Shown here: positions 46,612-56,660 of the stretch, piece after piece | Numbering within the stretch: the first letter of the stretch is position 1 | Layout of the letters: each line of letters begins with the position of its first letter | NCBI GenBank assembly: GCA_964461255.1 | Contig: CAYWTR010000003.1 | Span: 91,144 to 155,143, forward strand | DNA length: 64,000 nt | From: an uncultured Fibrobacteraceae bacterium | Lineage (GTDB): Bacteria; Krumholzibacteriota; Krumholzibacteriia; LZORAL124-64-63 | Direction: 5' to 3' | The notes under the pieces: model-generated | What the model was told of the DNA's origin: nothing | Databases searched by the model: none | What the model saw: only the letters and a program-made list of their open reading frames with translations | Program-made: the position numbers and the translations under genes

Positions 46612-47868
46612 TCAGCGCCGCGGCTCCAGCCAGCTCAGTGGATCCTGCGGCGTCTTGCCGCGGCGGATTTCGAAGTAGAGCAGCGGGCGGCCCTCCCCTT
46701 CGGCCTCTCCCACCTCGGCGATCGTCCGGCCCGCCTCCACGATCTCGCCCCGGCGCACGAGGACTCGCTGCGTGTGGGCGTAGAGAGAGTAGTAACCATC
46801 GCCGTGATCAAGGATAACGCACACGCCATAGCCGGGCAAACTGTCGACCCACTCCACGGTGCCGCCGGACACGGCCTGGATCGGCGCGCCGCGCGGCGCC
46901 GCCAGGGTGACGCCGTTGTGCAGGGTCACGGTCTGGAACTCCGGATGGATGGAGCGGCCGAAGGGACGAACCAGCTCGCCTTCGACCGGCCAGGCCAATC
47001 GCCCCGCGGCGGCGGCGAAAGATCCTGCCGACGGCCTGGGACGGGGCCGGCCAGTCAGACGCTGCTGCTCCAGATCGGCCAGCAGTTCAGTCAGCCGCCG
47101 GGCGCTGGTCTCCAGCTCGGCCAGTCGGGTGTCGACCTCCCGCCGCTGGCGGCGCACGCCCCGCAGCTCCTCGCGGCGTTCGGCCTCGCGCTGCTCCAGG
47201 TTCCAGCGCTCGCGGCGCGCCTCCTCGCGCGCCTCCCAGAGCTGCGCCAGGGCCGCGCGCAGCTCGCTCTCCTGAACGCTCAGCTGCTCGGTGTCTCTTC
47301 GCAGCCGCTCGATCAACTGGCGGTCCACGCGGCCCATCTCGGCGGCGTAGCGCAGGCGCGCCACCAGGGCCGTGTAGCTCTGCGCCGTCAGCAGGACTTC
47401 CAGGTCGCTGCGCGGCCCGCGGCGGTGCAGAGCGCGCAGGCGCCGTCCCACCCGGACCTGGCGTTCGCTCATGCTGGCCTGATGAGCGGCCAGCTCGCCG
47501 CGCAGCGAATCGCTGCGCGCCTGCAACATCCGTTCGCGCGCGTCGAGCTGCTGGAGCAGACGCTTGACCAGACCGATCTCGGTCTCGATCTGGCGCAGGC
47601 GGCCGGCGGCGTCTTGCTCCTGCGATACCAGCTGGTCGGCCCGCTCCCGGTGGGTCTGGATGCGGCGGCGCAGCGACTCGAGCTCGCGCGCGTTATCCGC
47701 GAAGGCCGCCGCGGCGGCGCCGGCGCCGGAGAGATCGGCCGCCGCCGCGCTGTCGGCGGGGGCGTCCTGCGCCTGCGCGAGGCTTCCCGACAGCGCCAGG
47801 GCGACCGCCAGAACAGCCGCCGCGCATCCGCCCCGCAGCGTCCGCGCCGCCACCGCCCGCTCCCTCAC
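46612..47868 (-). CDS. envC: Murein hydrolase activator EnvC (coiled coil plus M23-like domain)
   Basis: The GTG overlaps the ftsX stop. Signal peptide, long coiled coil, LAWPVEG, HNGVT, YG..VILDHG.GYYSLYAH and LYFEIRR. Confidence 0.88.
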   Translation of the reverse strand: MRERAVAARTLRGGCAAAVLAVALALSGSLAQAQDAPADSAAAADLSGAGAAAAAFADNARELESLRRRIQTHRERADQLVSQEQDAAGRLRQIETEIGLVKRLLQQLDARERMLQARSDSLRGELAAHQASMSERQVRVGRRLRALHRRGPRSDLEVLLTAQSYTALVARLRYAAEMGRVDRQLIERLRRDTEQLSVQESELRAALAQLWEAREEARRERWNLEQREAERREELRGVRRQRREVDTRLAELETSARRLTELLADLEQQRLTGRPRPRPSAGSFAAAAGRLAWPVEGELVRPFGRSIHPEFQTVTLHNGVTLAAPRGAPIQAVSGGTVEWVDSLPGYGVCVILDHGDGYYSLYAHTQRVLVRRGEIVEAGRTIAEVGEAEGEGRPLLYFEIRRGKTPQDPLSWLEPRR

Positions 47869-48740
47869 AGCCGCAGGTACTTGCGCAGCGCCGCGTGGCT
47901 GCCCAGCAGCCCCAGCGCCACGCAGAGCAGGATGAAACCGGCGATCTGCCCCGGCGAGAAGAAGAGCAGGCCCGAAATCTGGGGCCGCAGGATCCGGTAC
48001 GCGGCGCCCAGCACCGCCATCGCCATCCCCCCGGCCAGCAGGCCCGTGAGCATGCCCTCGAGCAGATACGGCGTGCGGATGAAGCTGTCGGTGGCCCCTA
48101 CCTGCTTCATGATCTCGATCGCGCGCGCCGACGCGGCCATGGTCAAGCGCACGGTGTTGGAGATCACGAACACCGCGGCCACGAACACGATCAGTCCGAT
48201 CACCAGATCGGCCATCAGAAACAGATTGTTCCAGCGGTCCAGGACCTGCGTCCACTGCTCGCTGAAGGTGACATCATCCACCCCCGGCCAGCGCGCCACG
48301 TCGGCGGCGATCGCGCGCTGCCTGTCGGCGCTGCGGGCGTCGTCGTCCAACGTCAGATGGAACGAGGCGGGCAGCGGGTTGTCGGCCAGCGCGTCCAGCA
48401 GATCGGCCTGTTCCTCTCCCAGCTCGCGCCGGAAATCCGCCAGCGCCTGCTCCTTGCTGATGTAGGAGACGGCGCGCACGCCGGGGATGCGGGTGAACTC
48501 GGCTTGCAGGAAGACGCGCCCGGCCTCGTCGATCGCGTCGTCCAGAAAGACGCGGATGTCGATGCCGCTGCGCGCGTTCTCGAGCAGGGACCCCAGATTG
48601 ATCGTCACCAGCGTGAACAGGGACAGCACCAGCAGCGCCGAGCTCATGATCAGGATGGTGACCAGGGTCGTCAGCTTGCGGCGCCGGAAGCCCGACAGCG
48701 CCTCGCCGGCCAGGTAGTGCAGCTGCGCCCTCCTAAACAT
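47865..48740 (-). CDS. ftsX: Cell division permease FtsX
   Basis: ISKEQAL.DF, NPLPASF, ISNTVRL, IEIMKQVGAT..FIRTPYLLEG; downstream of ftsE. Confidence 0.93.
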   Translation of the reverse strand: MFRRAQLHYLAGEALSGFRRRKLTTLVTILIMSSALLVLSLFTLVTINLGSLLENARSGIDIRVFLDDAIDEAGRVFLQAEFTRIPGVRAVSYISKEQALADFRRELGEEQADLLDALADNPLPASFHLTLDDDARSADRQRAIAADVARWPGVDDVTFSEQWTQVLDRWNNLFLMADLVIGLIVFVAAVFVISNTVRLTMAASARAIEIMKQVGATDSFIRTPYLLEGMLTGLLAGGMAMAVLGAAYRILRPQISGLLFFSPGQIAGFILLCVALGLLGSHAALRKYLRL

Positions 48741-49617
48741 GGGCGTTCTCCCGCCGCGAGACGCCGCCGTCGTCGCCGCCGCCGCCGGACGCGACTCCCG
48801 GAGAGCCCGACGCCTCCGCCTGCTCGGCGCGCTGCCGCGCGCGCGCGCGTTCCTCGGCCGGCCTGTACATGCCGTCGGTCAGGCGCGCCGTGCGCCGGGG
48901 CGGCGGCGGCCGCTCCTCGTCGGAGACCAGGCGGCCTTGATCGACCACCAGCACCCGCTGGCCGAAGGTCTTGACGATGTCATGGTCGTGCGTCGAGAGG
49001 ATGACGCAGGCGCCGCCGTCATTGACCTGGAACAGCAGGTCCAGGATCTCCTGCGCCACGACCGGGTCGAGGTTGCCGGTCGGTTCGTCGGCCAGCAGGA
49101 TCTTCGGGCTGTTGACCATCGCCCGCGCGATCGCCACCCGCTGCTGCTCGCCGCCCGACAGGGTCGGCGGCAGCTGGTGGCGCTTGTGCCAGAGCCCGAC
49201 CTGCGAGAGGGCGCGCGTGACGTTGCGTTTGATGTCGGCGCCCGGCACGCCGGTGACCAGTTGCGCGAAGGCCACGTTCTCGAAAACGTTGCGGTCTTCC
49301 AGGAGACGGAAATCCTGGAAGACAAAGCCGATCTCCCGCCGCAGGCGCGGGATCGACCGCCGGTTCATCCGGGTCGAGATCATGCCGCGCACGATCACCT
49401 GGCCCGTGGTGGGGAAGGCGTCCATCGTGATCAGACGCAGGATGCTGCTCTTGCCGGCGCCGCTGGGGCCCGTCAGGCAGACGAACTCGCCGTTGGCGAT
49501 GCTGAAGGACACGTCGTCCAGCGCCTGCGACGCGGCGAAGGCCAGCCCGACGTGGTGAAAGCCGATGATGGTCCGGGGGTCGAGCGGCCCCTTGTAGATC
49601 TTGCTGTCGACCTTCAA
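48733..49617 (-). CDS. ftsE: Cell division ATP-binding protein FtsE
   Basis: GPSGAGKSS, VFQDFRLL, LSGGEQQRVAIARA, LLADEPTGNLD and STHD; TTG start chosen from the RBS. Confidence 0.93.
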   Translation of the reverse strand: MKVDSKIYKGPLDPRTIIGFHHVGLAFAASQALDDVSFSIANGEFVCLTGPSGAGKSSILRLITMDAFPTTGQVIVRGMISTRMNRRSIPRLRREIGFVFQDFRLLEDRNVFENVAFAQLVTGVPGADIKRNVTRALSQVGLWHKRHQLPPTLSGGEQQRVAIARAMVNSPKILLADEPTGNLDPVVAQEILDLLFQVNDGGACVILSTHDHDIVKTFGQRVLVVDQGRLVSDEERPPPPRRTARLTDGMYRPAEERARARQRAEQAEASGSPGVASGGGGDDGGVSRRENAHV

Positions 49618-49778
49618 AGCGCCTTCCCTGCCGTGAGGGGACACGGCTGGCTGAAAACCGTCCGCAGAGGCGATGGTAAGGCGCCACACCCCTGCGGCAG
49701 GCGCGCCCGCCGCAGCCCGGCGGCGGCCGCCGGCTCCGATCGCCTCGCCAATGCAGGAGCCGTGCCCGGAGAGGCGTC

Positions 49779-51173
49779 TCAGAGCTTCATGTCGACGAAG
49801 AAGCGGCGGCGCAGGCCGTCCACGTAGCGTTCCAGCTCGGCCTCCAGCTTCTGCGACTCGATGGCGCGGCGCAAGCTGTCCTTGACCTCGGCATACGTCA
49901 ACGGGCGTCCAGGCAGCCGTTCCTTCACGTTCAGGATGTAGAAGCCGGCCGGCGTCAGGAACGGTTCGGTCACCTGGCCGGCGTCCAGCCCCTGCAGCGC
50001 CTCCTGGAAGAGGGGCGTCAGGGCGTTGACGCGAAAACCTCCCAGATGCCCGCCCTGGCCGGAGGAGGTGGGGTCGTCGCTGGCCTCGCTCGCGACCTTG
50101 GCGAAGGCCTCGCCGGCGGCCAGCCGCGCACGCACCTCGCCGGCCTCGCGCCGCGCGGCCTCAACGTCGGCGGCCGTGATCTTGACCGGGAGGAAGATCT
50201 GGCTGATGGCGCGGCCTTCGTCGGTGACGGCGTCGAGCCGCACCAGATGCACGCCTCTATCGGTCACGATCGGCGGGCTGACCTGCCCGACCTGCAGCGA
50301 GAACACGGCGTTTTCCAGGTTGCGGTCGAAAAGATCGCCCGCCTTGACCACCCCGAGCACGCCGCCCCGGCGCGCGTTGGGATCCTCGGACCAGACGCGG
50401 GCGACGTCGGCGAACGCGCGCCCCTCGCCCAGGGCCTTGAGCGCCTCGCCGAGCTTGCGCTGCACCTCGCGCTGCACATCCGGAGCCGGCTGCACCGCCA
50501 CCAGAATGCCCCCCAGCACGACGCTGTCGGGCGTCGCCGGCAGCTCGTGGGCGTGCGCGCGGTAGTACTCGTCTATTTCGTTCTCCAGCACCTCGACCTT
50601 GGGCCGCACGAACGAGCGGATGACCGCCGACATGTAGTGGCGGTCCCGCAGCTGCGCCGCGGAACGAGCGCGGTAATCGTCCAGGGTCATGCCGTTCTGC
50701 CGCAGTTCCCTCTCCAGCGTCGCCTGCGAGCCGAAATGGCGCACGAGCTGGCTGATGTTCTCCTCGACGTCCCGCTGCACCTCTTCGTCTTCGACCTTGA
50801 TGTCGGCCTGCTTGGCGGCGGCGATGATCAACTTGCTCTCGACCAACCGTTCCAGCACTTCCTCGCGGATCGCTTCCTCGTCCTCGTCGACCGGCTGCCC
50901 CTCCTGGCGGCGCTCCAGCTGGTACAGGGCGACCTCGCGCTCCAGGTCGCTCATCAGAATGGGTTCCTCATCCACGATCGCCAGCAGGCGATCGACCAGA
51001 ACCAGGGGGGCGCCGGCGGTGTCCGCGGCGGCGGCGACCGCTGCCGTGTCCGCCGGAGCCGGGGAGGCCGGCGACGACGGCGCCCAGGTCCCAGCCAACA
51101 GGATCAGCGACGCCGACCAGAACAGCCCCGGCCGCAGCTCCGGGACGTTGCGGGGGCGATGGTTGCACGGCAT
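49779..51173 (-). CDS. surA: SurA-like periplasmic peptidyl-prolyl isomerase
   Basis: Signal peptide; VDRLLAIVDEEPILMSD (SurA N-domain); two parvulin domains (FADVA..WSED...GG.LG; FAKVA...SDD..S...GG.LG). Confidence 0.8.
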   Translation of the reverse strand: MPCNHRPRNVPELRPGLFWSASLILLAGTWAPSSPASPAPADTAAVAAAADTAGAPLVLVDRLLAIVDEEPILMSDLEREVALYQLERRQEGQPVDEDEEAIREEVLERLVESKLIIAAAKQADIKVEDEEVQRDVEENISQLVRHFGSQATLERELRQNGMTLDDYRARSAAQLRDRHYMSAVIRSFVRPKVEVLENEIDEYYRAHAHELPATPDSVVLGGILVAVQPAPDVQREVQRKLGEALKALGEGRAFADVARVWSEDPNARRGGVLGVVKAGDLFDRNLENAVFSLQVGQVSPPIVTDRGVHLVRLDAVTDEGRAISQIFLPVKITAADVEAARREAGEVRARLAAGEAFAKVASEASDDPTSSGQGGHLGGFRVNALTPLFQEALQGLDAGQVTEPFLTPAGFYILNVKERLPGRPLTYAEVKDSLRRAIESQKLEAELERYVDGLRRRFFVDMKL

Positions 51174-51223
51174 GGCGGGTTCCTTCCGCTGGCGGCCGTC
51201 GCGGGCCGGAAGGGGCGGCCGCT

Positions 51224-51260
51224 GCGGGCCGGCGTCGCCGCTGGGACGGCGCCGGCCCGC
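51224..51260. repeat. GC-rich 14-bp stem-loop between the two PPIase genes
   Basis: GCGGGCCGGCGTCG / CGGCGCCGGCCCGC, near-perfect inverted repeat with no U-tract on the transcribed strand. Confidence 0.5.
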
Positions 51261-51267
51261 GCTGGTT

Positions 51268-53100
51268 TCAGCCGGCCGCGGGCGCCGCGGCCGGCGCGGC
51301 CGCCGGCGTGGCCAGCTCCTCGTAGGCGCGCACCTTGTCCAGATTCTTCTCGTGGATCTTGACCGGGAACTGGCCGCGCCATTCCTCCAGCAGCTGCTGC
51401 AGCTTCGCCTCTTCGCGGCGCTGCCGGATGCGCTGGCCGAGCTCGTTCATGACCTCGTGCTTCTCCGCTTGCCGCTCCGGCTCGACCCTGGACAGGCGCA
51501 CCACGGCCCAGTTCGCGCCCGACTGGAACGGCGCGCTGGCCTGACCGGTCTCCGCCAGGGAGAAGAGCGCGTCGCGCAGGGGATTCTGTTCGTTGGCGCC
51601 CAGCGGGCCGATCTCGCCCTCGCCCTGCTGCGGCACGCCTTTGCCGAAACGCTCCAGCACCTCGCGCCACGGCCGCCCGGACGCGGCCGCTTCGCGCGCG
51701 CGTTCGGCGGCGTCCTTCTCAGCGCAGTAGACCACGTGGCCGCTGCGCTTCTCGGGGAAGCGGTACTGCTGCTGGTGCTCGGCCCAGAAGGCGTCCACCT
51801 CCTCGGGCGGGATGTGACTGTCATCCCGGATTAGATCCTGGTGCAGCTTGCTGACCATCATCTGCTCGCGTTTAAGGTCCACCTCGCCCCGCACGCGCGG
51901 ATCGTCGAGATAGCCGCGTTCCTTTGCCTCCTGGATCAGGAGCTGGCGGTCCAGCACGCCCATGATGTTCTGGCGCAGACCGCCCAGCAGCTGCTCCTTC
52001 TTGGGACGCTCGAACACATTGGAGCGGTCGAACAGGTCCTTGTAGTCGCCCACGGTCCAGACCTCTTCCTTGTCGCCCAACCGCAGGCTGTAGAAGAAGC
52101 GATCCATGTCCGCCAGGGGTATGTTCAAAGGCTGCAGGCGTTCGCGCGGCGTCGGGCGGTTCGTCGCCGGGTCGATCAGCACCTCGTTCTCGGGCAATCC
52201 CTGATAGATGATCCAGAGCGCGGCCTCGTCCATCTTGAAGCCATGCTGGCGCCGGCTCTCCTCGATGAACTCCTTGCGCGCCAGGTTGATCTTGCGGGCG
52301 CGGATGCTGGTGAGAATGCGCTCCTTCAGCGTTTCCAGCGGGGCGACGCGCACGGAGTCGACCCCGTCCAGGCGCACGACCCACCAGCCGTACACCGTCT
52401 CGATCGGCTGGCTGAGCTCCCCATCCTTCAGAGTGAAGATGGCCTTCTCGAAGTTGTCCTCGACCTGGCCCCAGCCGACCTTCATGGTGTAATCGTCGTT
52501 GGGGCCGCGCGAGCCGTCGTTGAACTCGTCCGCGACATCCTCCCACAAGCCGCCGTCGATGACCGCCTGGCGCGCCTTGAACGCGTCGTCCCGGAAGTTG
52601 GTGATGATGAAGCTGCACCGGCGCTGGGACTTCAGGCGGTTGTAATAATCGAGCAGCTCATCGTCGGTCACGGAGCTGGCCGGCTTCTCCACTAGATCTT
52701 CGTGCATCACCCTGCTGGCGTTGTAATCCATAATCTGCAGCGCGGCGCCGTCGATGTGCTCGTCCTGGCCATAGCCCAGCTCCTTGGCCTTCTGCGCCAT
52801 CAATTCCTTGTTGATGATGACTTCGAGGAAGGCGCGCTTGCCGGCCAGGGTGGAGGTGTCGACCAGTTCGCCGTCCTCGCCGCGCGGCAGCTCGTTCGGC
52901 TTGAGCTTGGCCAGGCGATCCTCGTAGTAGGCCCGCGTCACCTTGGCGTCACCGACCGTCGCCAGGACTTCCTGGCCGGCGGGCTGGCGGGCGCAGCCCG
53001 CGGCCGCAAGGGTGAGCGCGCCCAGCGCGAGCGCGGAGCAGAACAAGGCGGCGTCCCGGGCGAAGTCCGGACGCGAAGACGGCTGGCGAAGAACGCTCAT
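51268..53100 (-). CDS. Lipoprotein peptidyl-prolyl isomerase with two parvulin domains (PrsA/PpiD-like)
   Basis: LAAAGC lipobox; EVLATVG; NFEKAIFTLKDGELSQPIETVYGWWVV; second parvulin-like repeat. Confidence 0.82.
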   Translation of the reverse strand: MSVLRQPSSRPDFARDAALFCSALALGALTLAAAGCARQPAGQEVLATVGDAKVTRAYYEDRLAKLKPNELPRGEDGELVDTSTLAGKRAFLEVIINKELMAQKAKELGYGQDEHIDGAALQIMDYNASRVMHEDLVEKPASSVTDDELLDYYNRLKSQRRCSFIITNFRDDAFKARQAVIDGGLWEDVADEFNDGSRGPNDDYTMKVGWGQVEDNFEKAIFTLKDGELSQPIETVYGWWVVRLDGVDSVRVAPLETLKERILTSIRARKINLARKEFIEESRRQHGFKMDEAALWIIYQGLPENEVLIDPATNRPTPRERLQPLNIPLADMDRFFYSLRLGDKEEVWTVGDYKDLFDRSNVFERPKKEQLLGGLRQNIMGVLDRQLLIQEAKERGYLDDPRVRGEVDLKREQMMVSKLHQDLIRDDSHIPPEEVDAFWAEHQQQYRFPEKRSGHVVYCAEKDAAERAREAAASGRPWREVLERFGKGVPQQGEGEIGPLGANEQNPLRDALFSLAETGQASAPFQSGANWAVVRLSRVEPERQAEKHEVMNELGQRIRQRREEAKLQQLLEEWRGQFPVKIHEKNLDKVRAYEELATPAAAPAAAPAAG

Positions 53101-56100
53101 GACAGCTCCTTGACAGGCACCGGCCCGGCGGGTCGGGCGCTCGCGGCGGCTCGCTCCGCCCCGGCGGCCCGACGCAGCCGGTCCAGCAGGTCGAGGGTGA
53201 CGGAGGCGGCGGCGAGCGCGTCCTCCCTCCGGGCAGGCACGCGCATGATGAACTGGTCGGCGGCCTTGAACATGAGCCCCTTGGGCCCGGTTCCCATCAA
53301 ACCGCGCAGTATAGCGGGCGCGGGCGCCCGCCCGCCAGCGAAAAAGAAGGCGACGCCCTGGCGGTCGGCACGCACCTCCTCGACCCCGCAGCGCCCGGCC
53401 AGCAGCCGCAGGCGTTGGGTTTCGAGCAGGTTGGTGACCGGCGGCGGCGGCGCTCCATAACGGTCGTGCAGTTCCTCGCGCAGCCAGCCGAACGCCCGCT
53501 CCTCGCGCAAGCGCGCCAGCCGCCGGTAGAGGTCGAGCTTCTGCTCGGGATCGCCGATGTAGTCGTCGGGCAGATAGGCGGGCAGGCGCAGGTCGATCTT
53601 GACCTCGAGCGCCGCCGCGCCGCCGCCGCCCTTCAGCTCGAGCACCGTCTCCTCCAGGAGCCGGCAATACAGATCGAAGCCGATCGCTTCGATGTGCCCG
53701 TGCTGCTCTTCTCCCAGCAGGTTGCCCGCGCCGCGGATTTCGAGGTCGCGCATCGCGATGTGATAACCGGAGCCGAGAGCCTGGAATTCCTCGAGCGCGG
53801 CCAGTCGGCGCCGCGCCTCCGGCGTCAGCGTCTCCCCCGGCGGCGTCATCAGGTAGGCGAAGGCGCGCGTGCTGGCCCGCCCCACCCGGCCCCGCAGCTG
53901 ATAGAGCTGCGCCAGACCGAAGCGGTCGGCGCGGTCGATGATGATGGTGTTGACGCGCGGCATGTCCAGGCCCGATTCGATGATGGCGGTGCTGACCAGC
54001 ACGTCGAATTCATGGGCCAGGAAGCGCGTCATCACCTTTTCCAGCTCGGCCTCGGCCATCTGACCGTGCGCGATCGCGATGCGGGCCCCCGGAACGGCCG
54101 CGCGCACGCGCGCCGCGGCGGCGGCGATGGTCTCGATGCGGTTGTGCACGTAGAAAACCTGGCCGCCCCGGTGCAGCTCGCGGCGGATCGCCTCGGCCAG
54201 CAGCTCGTCGCTGTGCGCGCACAACTCGGTCTGGATGGGCAGCCGATCGCGCGGCGGCGTGTTGATGACCGACATGTCGCGCGCCCCCATCAGGGCCAGG
54301 TAGAGCGTGCGCGGGATCGGCGTCGCGCTGAGCGAGAGCACGTCGACCTGCTTGCGCAGCTCCTTCAGGCGTTCCTTGTGGCGCACGCCGAAGCGATGCT
54401 CCTCGTCCACGATCAGCAGCCCCAGACGCGCGAAGCGCACGTCGCGCGAGAGCAGCCGGTGCGTTCCGATCAGGATATCGATGTTGCCGTCGCGCAGCGC
54501 AGCCACGATGGCCTTCTGCTCGCGGGCCGTGCGGAAGCGGCTGAGCGTGCCCACGCGGACAGGGAAGTCGCGGAAGCGTTCGGCGAAGGTCTCGCCGTGC
54601 TGCTGGGCGAGGAGGGTGGTCGGGCAGAGCACCGCCACCTGACGCCCCTCGTGCACGACCTTGAAGGCGGCCCTCATGGCAACCTCGGTCTTGCCGTAGC
54701 CGACGTCACCGCAGACCAGGCGGTCCATGGGGCGCGGCGTCTCCAGGTCGCGCTTGACCTCGGCGATGCAGGCCAGCTGGTCGGGCGTTTCCTCGTAGAT
54801 GAAGGAGTCCTCCAGCGCGCGCTGCAGCTCGCCGTCGGGCGGGAAGGCGTGGCCGGGCAGCGCCTGCCGCGCGGCGTACAGTTCCAGCAGCTCCGCCGCC
54901 AGGGCGCGGATCGCCTTGCGGGCGCGCCGAGTGACGCGGGCCCAGGCCGCGCCGCCCAGCTTGCTCAACGCGGGCGGGGTCTCGCTGTCGGCGGCGTGGC
55001 GCTCGACCAGTTCGATGTTCTCGACCGGCACATAGACCTTGTCGCCGTCCGCGTATTCGATCAGCAGGCATTCGCGTTCGGCGCCGTCGGCGGTGATGCG
55101 GCGCAGGCCGCGGTAGCGGCCGACGCCGTACTCGAGATGCACAACGTACTCGCCGCTCTGCAGTCGCCGGGTCTCCTTGACCGGCGCCCCGGCGGCGCGC
55201 CGGTGTCGCGGCGGCCGGCGGTAGCGCTCGAACAGCTCGTGATCGGTGAAGCAGGCCAGGCCCCGCTCCGGCCAGAGGAAGCCGCCCGCGACCGCTCCGA
55301 CCTCGGGGCGCGCGCGGGGCGGCGGCGAGCCCGCCGCCTCGGCGGTCTCGTCCAGCAGCTCGCCCAGCCGGCGCGCCTGCCCCGCGTTGTCGCACAGGAG
55401 CAGGACCCTCTGCCCCGCCGCCTCGTGGCGCGCGATCTCGTCCCGCAGGCGAGCCACGTCGCCCCCCTTGACGTCGGGCCGCTGGGTGGCGAAACGACGC
55501 TGGGCGCCGGGCGCCAGCGCCAACCACGCGGCCCCCGTGTCGCCCGCGATCCATGCTCCCGCCACCAGCAGGTGCGGCCGCGCCGCGTCGGCCAGCGCGG
55601 CGGCCGGAGCAGTCAATTCGTCGGGAGCGGGCAGCAGCGGGTCGCGGCGCAGCCGCGCTTCGCGCAGCCGCGGCAGCTCGGCGTCCTGCAGGGCCGCCTG
55701 GGCGCAGAGCTGCGCCGGATCGCACCAGAACACCGGGGCGCCCGGCGGCAGGTGATCCAGTACGAGGGCGGTGGGCCCGAAGAAGGGCAGGAAAGCCTCC
55801 TGGCCGTCGCCGTGCAGGCGCTCCTCCAGGCGGTTCTCCAGGTCGGCGCGGTCGTGCTCCGCGATCTCGCCCGCCAGCGCCGCCGCTTCCACCCACGCCA
55901 GGGCGCACAGAACCGACTGATCATCCAGCACGAGGTGGCTGACCGGCAGGACGCGCGCGGCCTGGAGCTTGGCGCAAGAGCGCTGGGTCTCGACATCGAA
56001 GGAGCGCAGCGAGACGATCTCGTCGTCGAAGTACTCCACGCGCAGCGGCCGCTGTCCCGGCGGAAACAGATCGATCAGGCTGCCGCGGCGCGCGTAGTCG

Positions 56101-56660
56101 CCGGGGCGCGCCACCACCCCCGCGGCCCGGTAGCCGCGGGCCCCCAGTGCCGCGCACAGGTCGTCGCGGTCGCGCCGCTCGCCGGCGCGCAGGGTCAGCG
56201 CCACCTCCGCCAGGCGCTCCGGGGTGATCACACGTTGCCGCACCGCCGCCAGCGGCGCCACGGCCAGGCGCGGCGAGCCGCCGGCCAGGAGATCGAGCCC
56301 GGCCAGCAGATCGCCGGTCACGCCCGGGTCGGGCGACTTGCGGTCATAGGCCACGACGTCGGCTTGCGGCAGGTGAACGACGGCCTCCGGCCCGAGCCAG
56401 ACGGCCAGGTCGTCCGCGAGCTGCAGAGCCGCCTCGGCCTGCGGCGCCACCACCAGCGCCGTGCGCCCGGCGGCACGGAACCAGGCGGCCAGCAGCAGCG
56501 AGGCCGCCGAACCGTGCAGACCGGACAGCACGACGGCCGGCGGCGGGGCCGCGCCGCCGGCCGCGGGCACCGTCTCTACCCTGGCCAGGGCGGACTCCAG
56601 CCAGGCGATGTCGTCCGCCAGGACGTCGCCGGGCAGCAGCTGGCCGAGCAAGCCGTTCAA
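53097..56660 (-). CDS. mfd: Transcription-repair coupling factor
   Basis: UvrB-like N-module, CarD-like YVVHLEYGVGRY, MDRLVCGDVGYGKTEVA, DEEHRFGV, QLYQLRGRVGR and MRDLEIRGAGNLLG.EQHG. Confidence 0.97.
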   Translation of the reverse strand: MNGLLGQLLPGDVLADDIAWLESALARVETVPAAGGAAPPPAVVLSGLHGSAASLLLAAWFRAAGRTALVVAPQAEAALQLADDLAVWLGPEAVVHLPQADVVAYDRKSPDPGVTGDLLAGLDLLAGGSPRLAVAPLAAVRQRVITPERLAEVALTLRAGERRDRDDLCAALGARGYRAAGVVARPGDYARRGSLIDLFPPGQRPLRVEYFDDEIVSLRSFDVETQRSCAKLQAARVLPVSHLVLDDQSVLCALAWVEAAALAGEIAEHDRADLENRLEERLHGDGQEAFLPFFGPTALVLDHLPPGAPVFWCDPAQLCAQAALQDAELPRLREARLRRDPLLPAPDELTAPAAALADAARPHLLVAGAWIAGDTGAAWLALAPGAQRRFATQRPDVKGGDVARLRDEIARHEAAGQRVLLLCDNAGQARRLGELLDETAEAAGSPPPRARPEVGAVAGGFLWPERGLACFTDHELFERYRRPPRHRRAAGAPVKETRRLQSGEYVVHLEYGVGRYRGLRRITADGAERECLLIEYADGDKVYVPVENIELVERHAADSETPPALSKLGGAAWARVTRRARKAIRALAAELLELYAARQALPGHAFPPDGELQRALEDSFIYEETPDQLACIAEVKRDLETPRPMDRLVCGDVGYGKTEVAMRAAFKVVHEGRQVAVLCPTTLLAQQHGETFAERFRDFPVRVGTLSRFRTAREQKAIVAALRDGNIDILIGTHRLLSRDVRFARLGLLIVDEEHRFGVRHKERLKELRKQVDVLSLSATPIPRTLYLALMGARDMSVINTPPRDRLPIQTELCAHSDELLAEAIRRELHRGGQVFYVHNRIETIAAAAARVRAAVPGARIAIAHGQMAEAELEKVMTRFLAHEFDVLVSTAIIESGLDMPRVNTIIIDRADRFGLAQLYQLRGRVGRASTRAFAYLMTPPGETLTPEARRRLAALEEFQALGSGYHIAMRDLEIRGAGNLLGEEQHGHIEAIGFDLYCRLLEETVLELKGGGGAAALEVKIDLRLPAYLPDDYIGDPEQKLDLYRRLARLREERAFGWLREELHDRYGAPPPPVTNLLETQRLRLLAGRCGVEEVRADRQGVAFFFAGGRAPAPAILRGLMGTGPKGLMFKAADQFIMRVPARREDALAAASVTLDLLDRLRRAAGAERAAASARPAGPVPVKELS

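Noticed and set aside
51224-51260. Hairpin between the PPIase genes as a mobile REP element
   Set aside because: No second copy was noticed in the window, so it is more likely an mRNA-stabilising or pausing stem.
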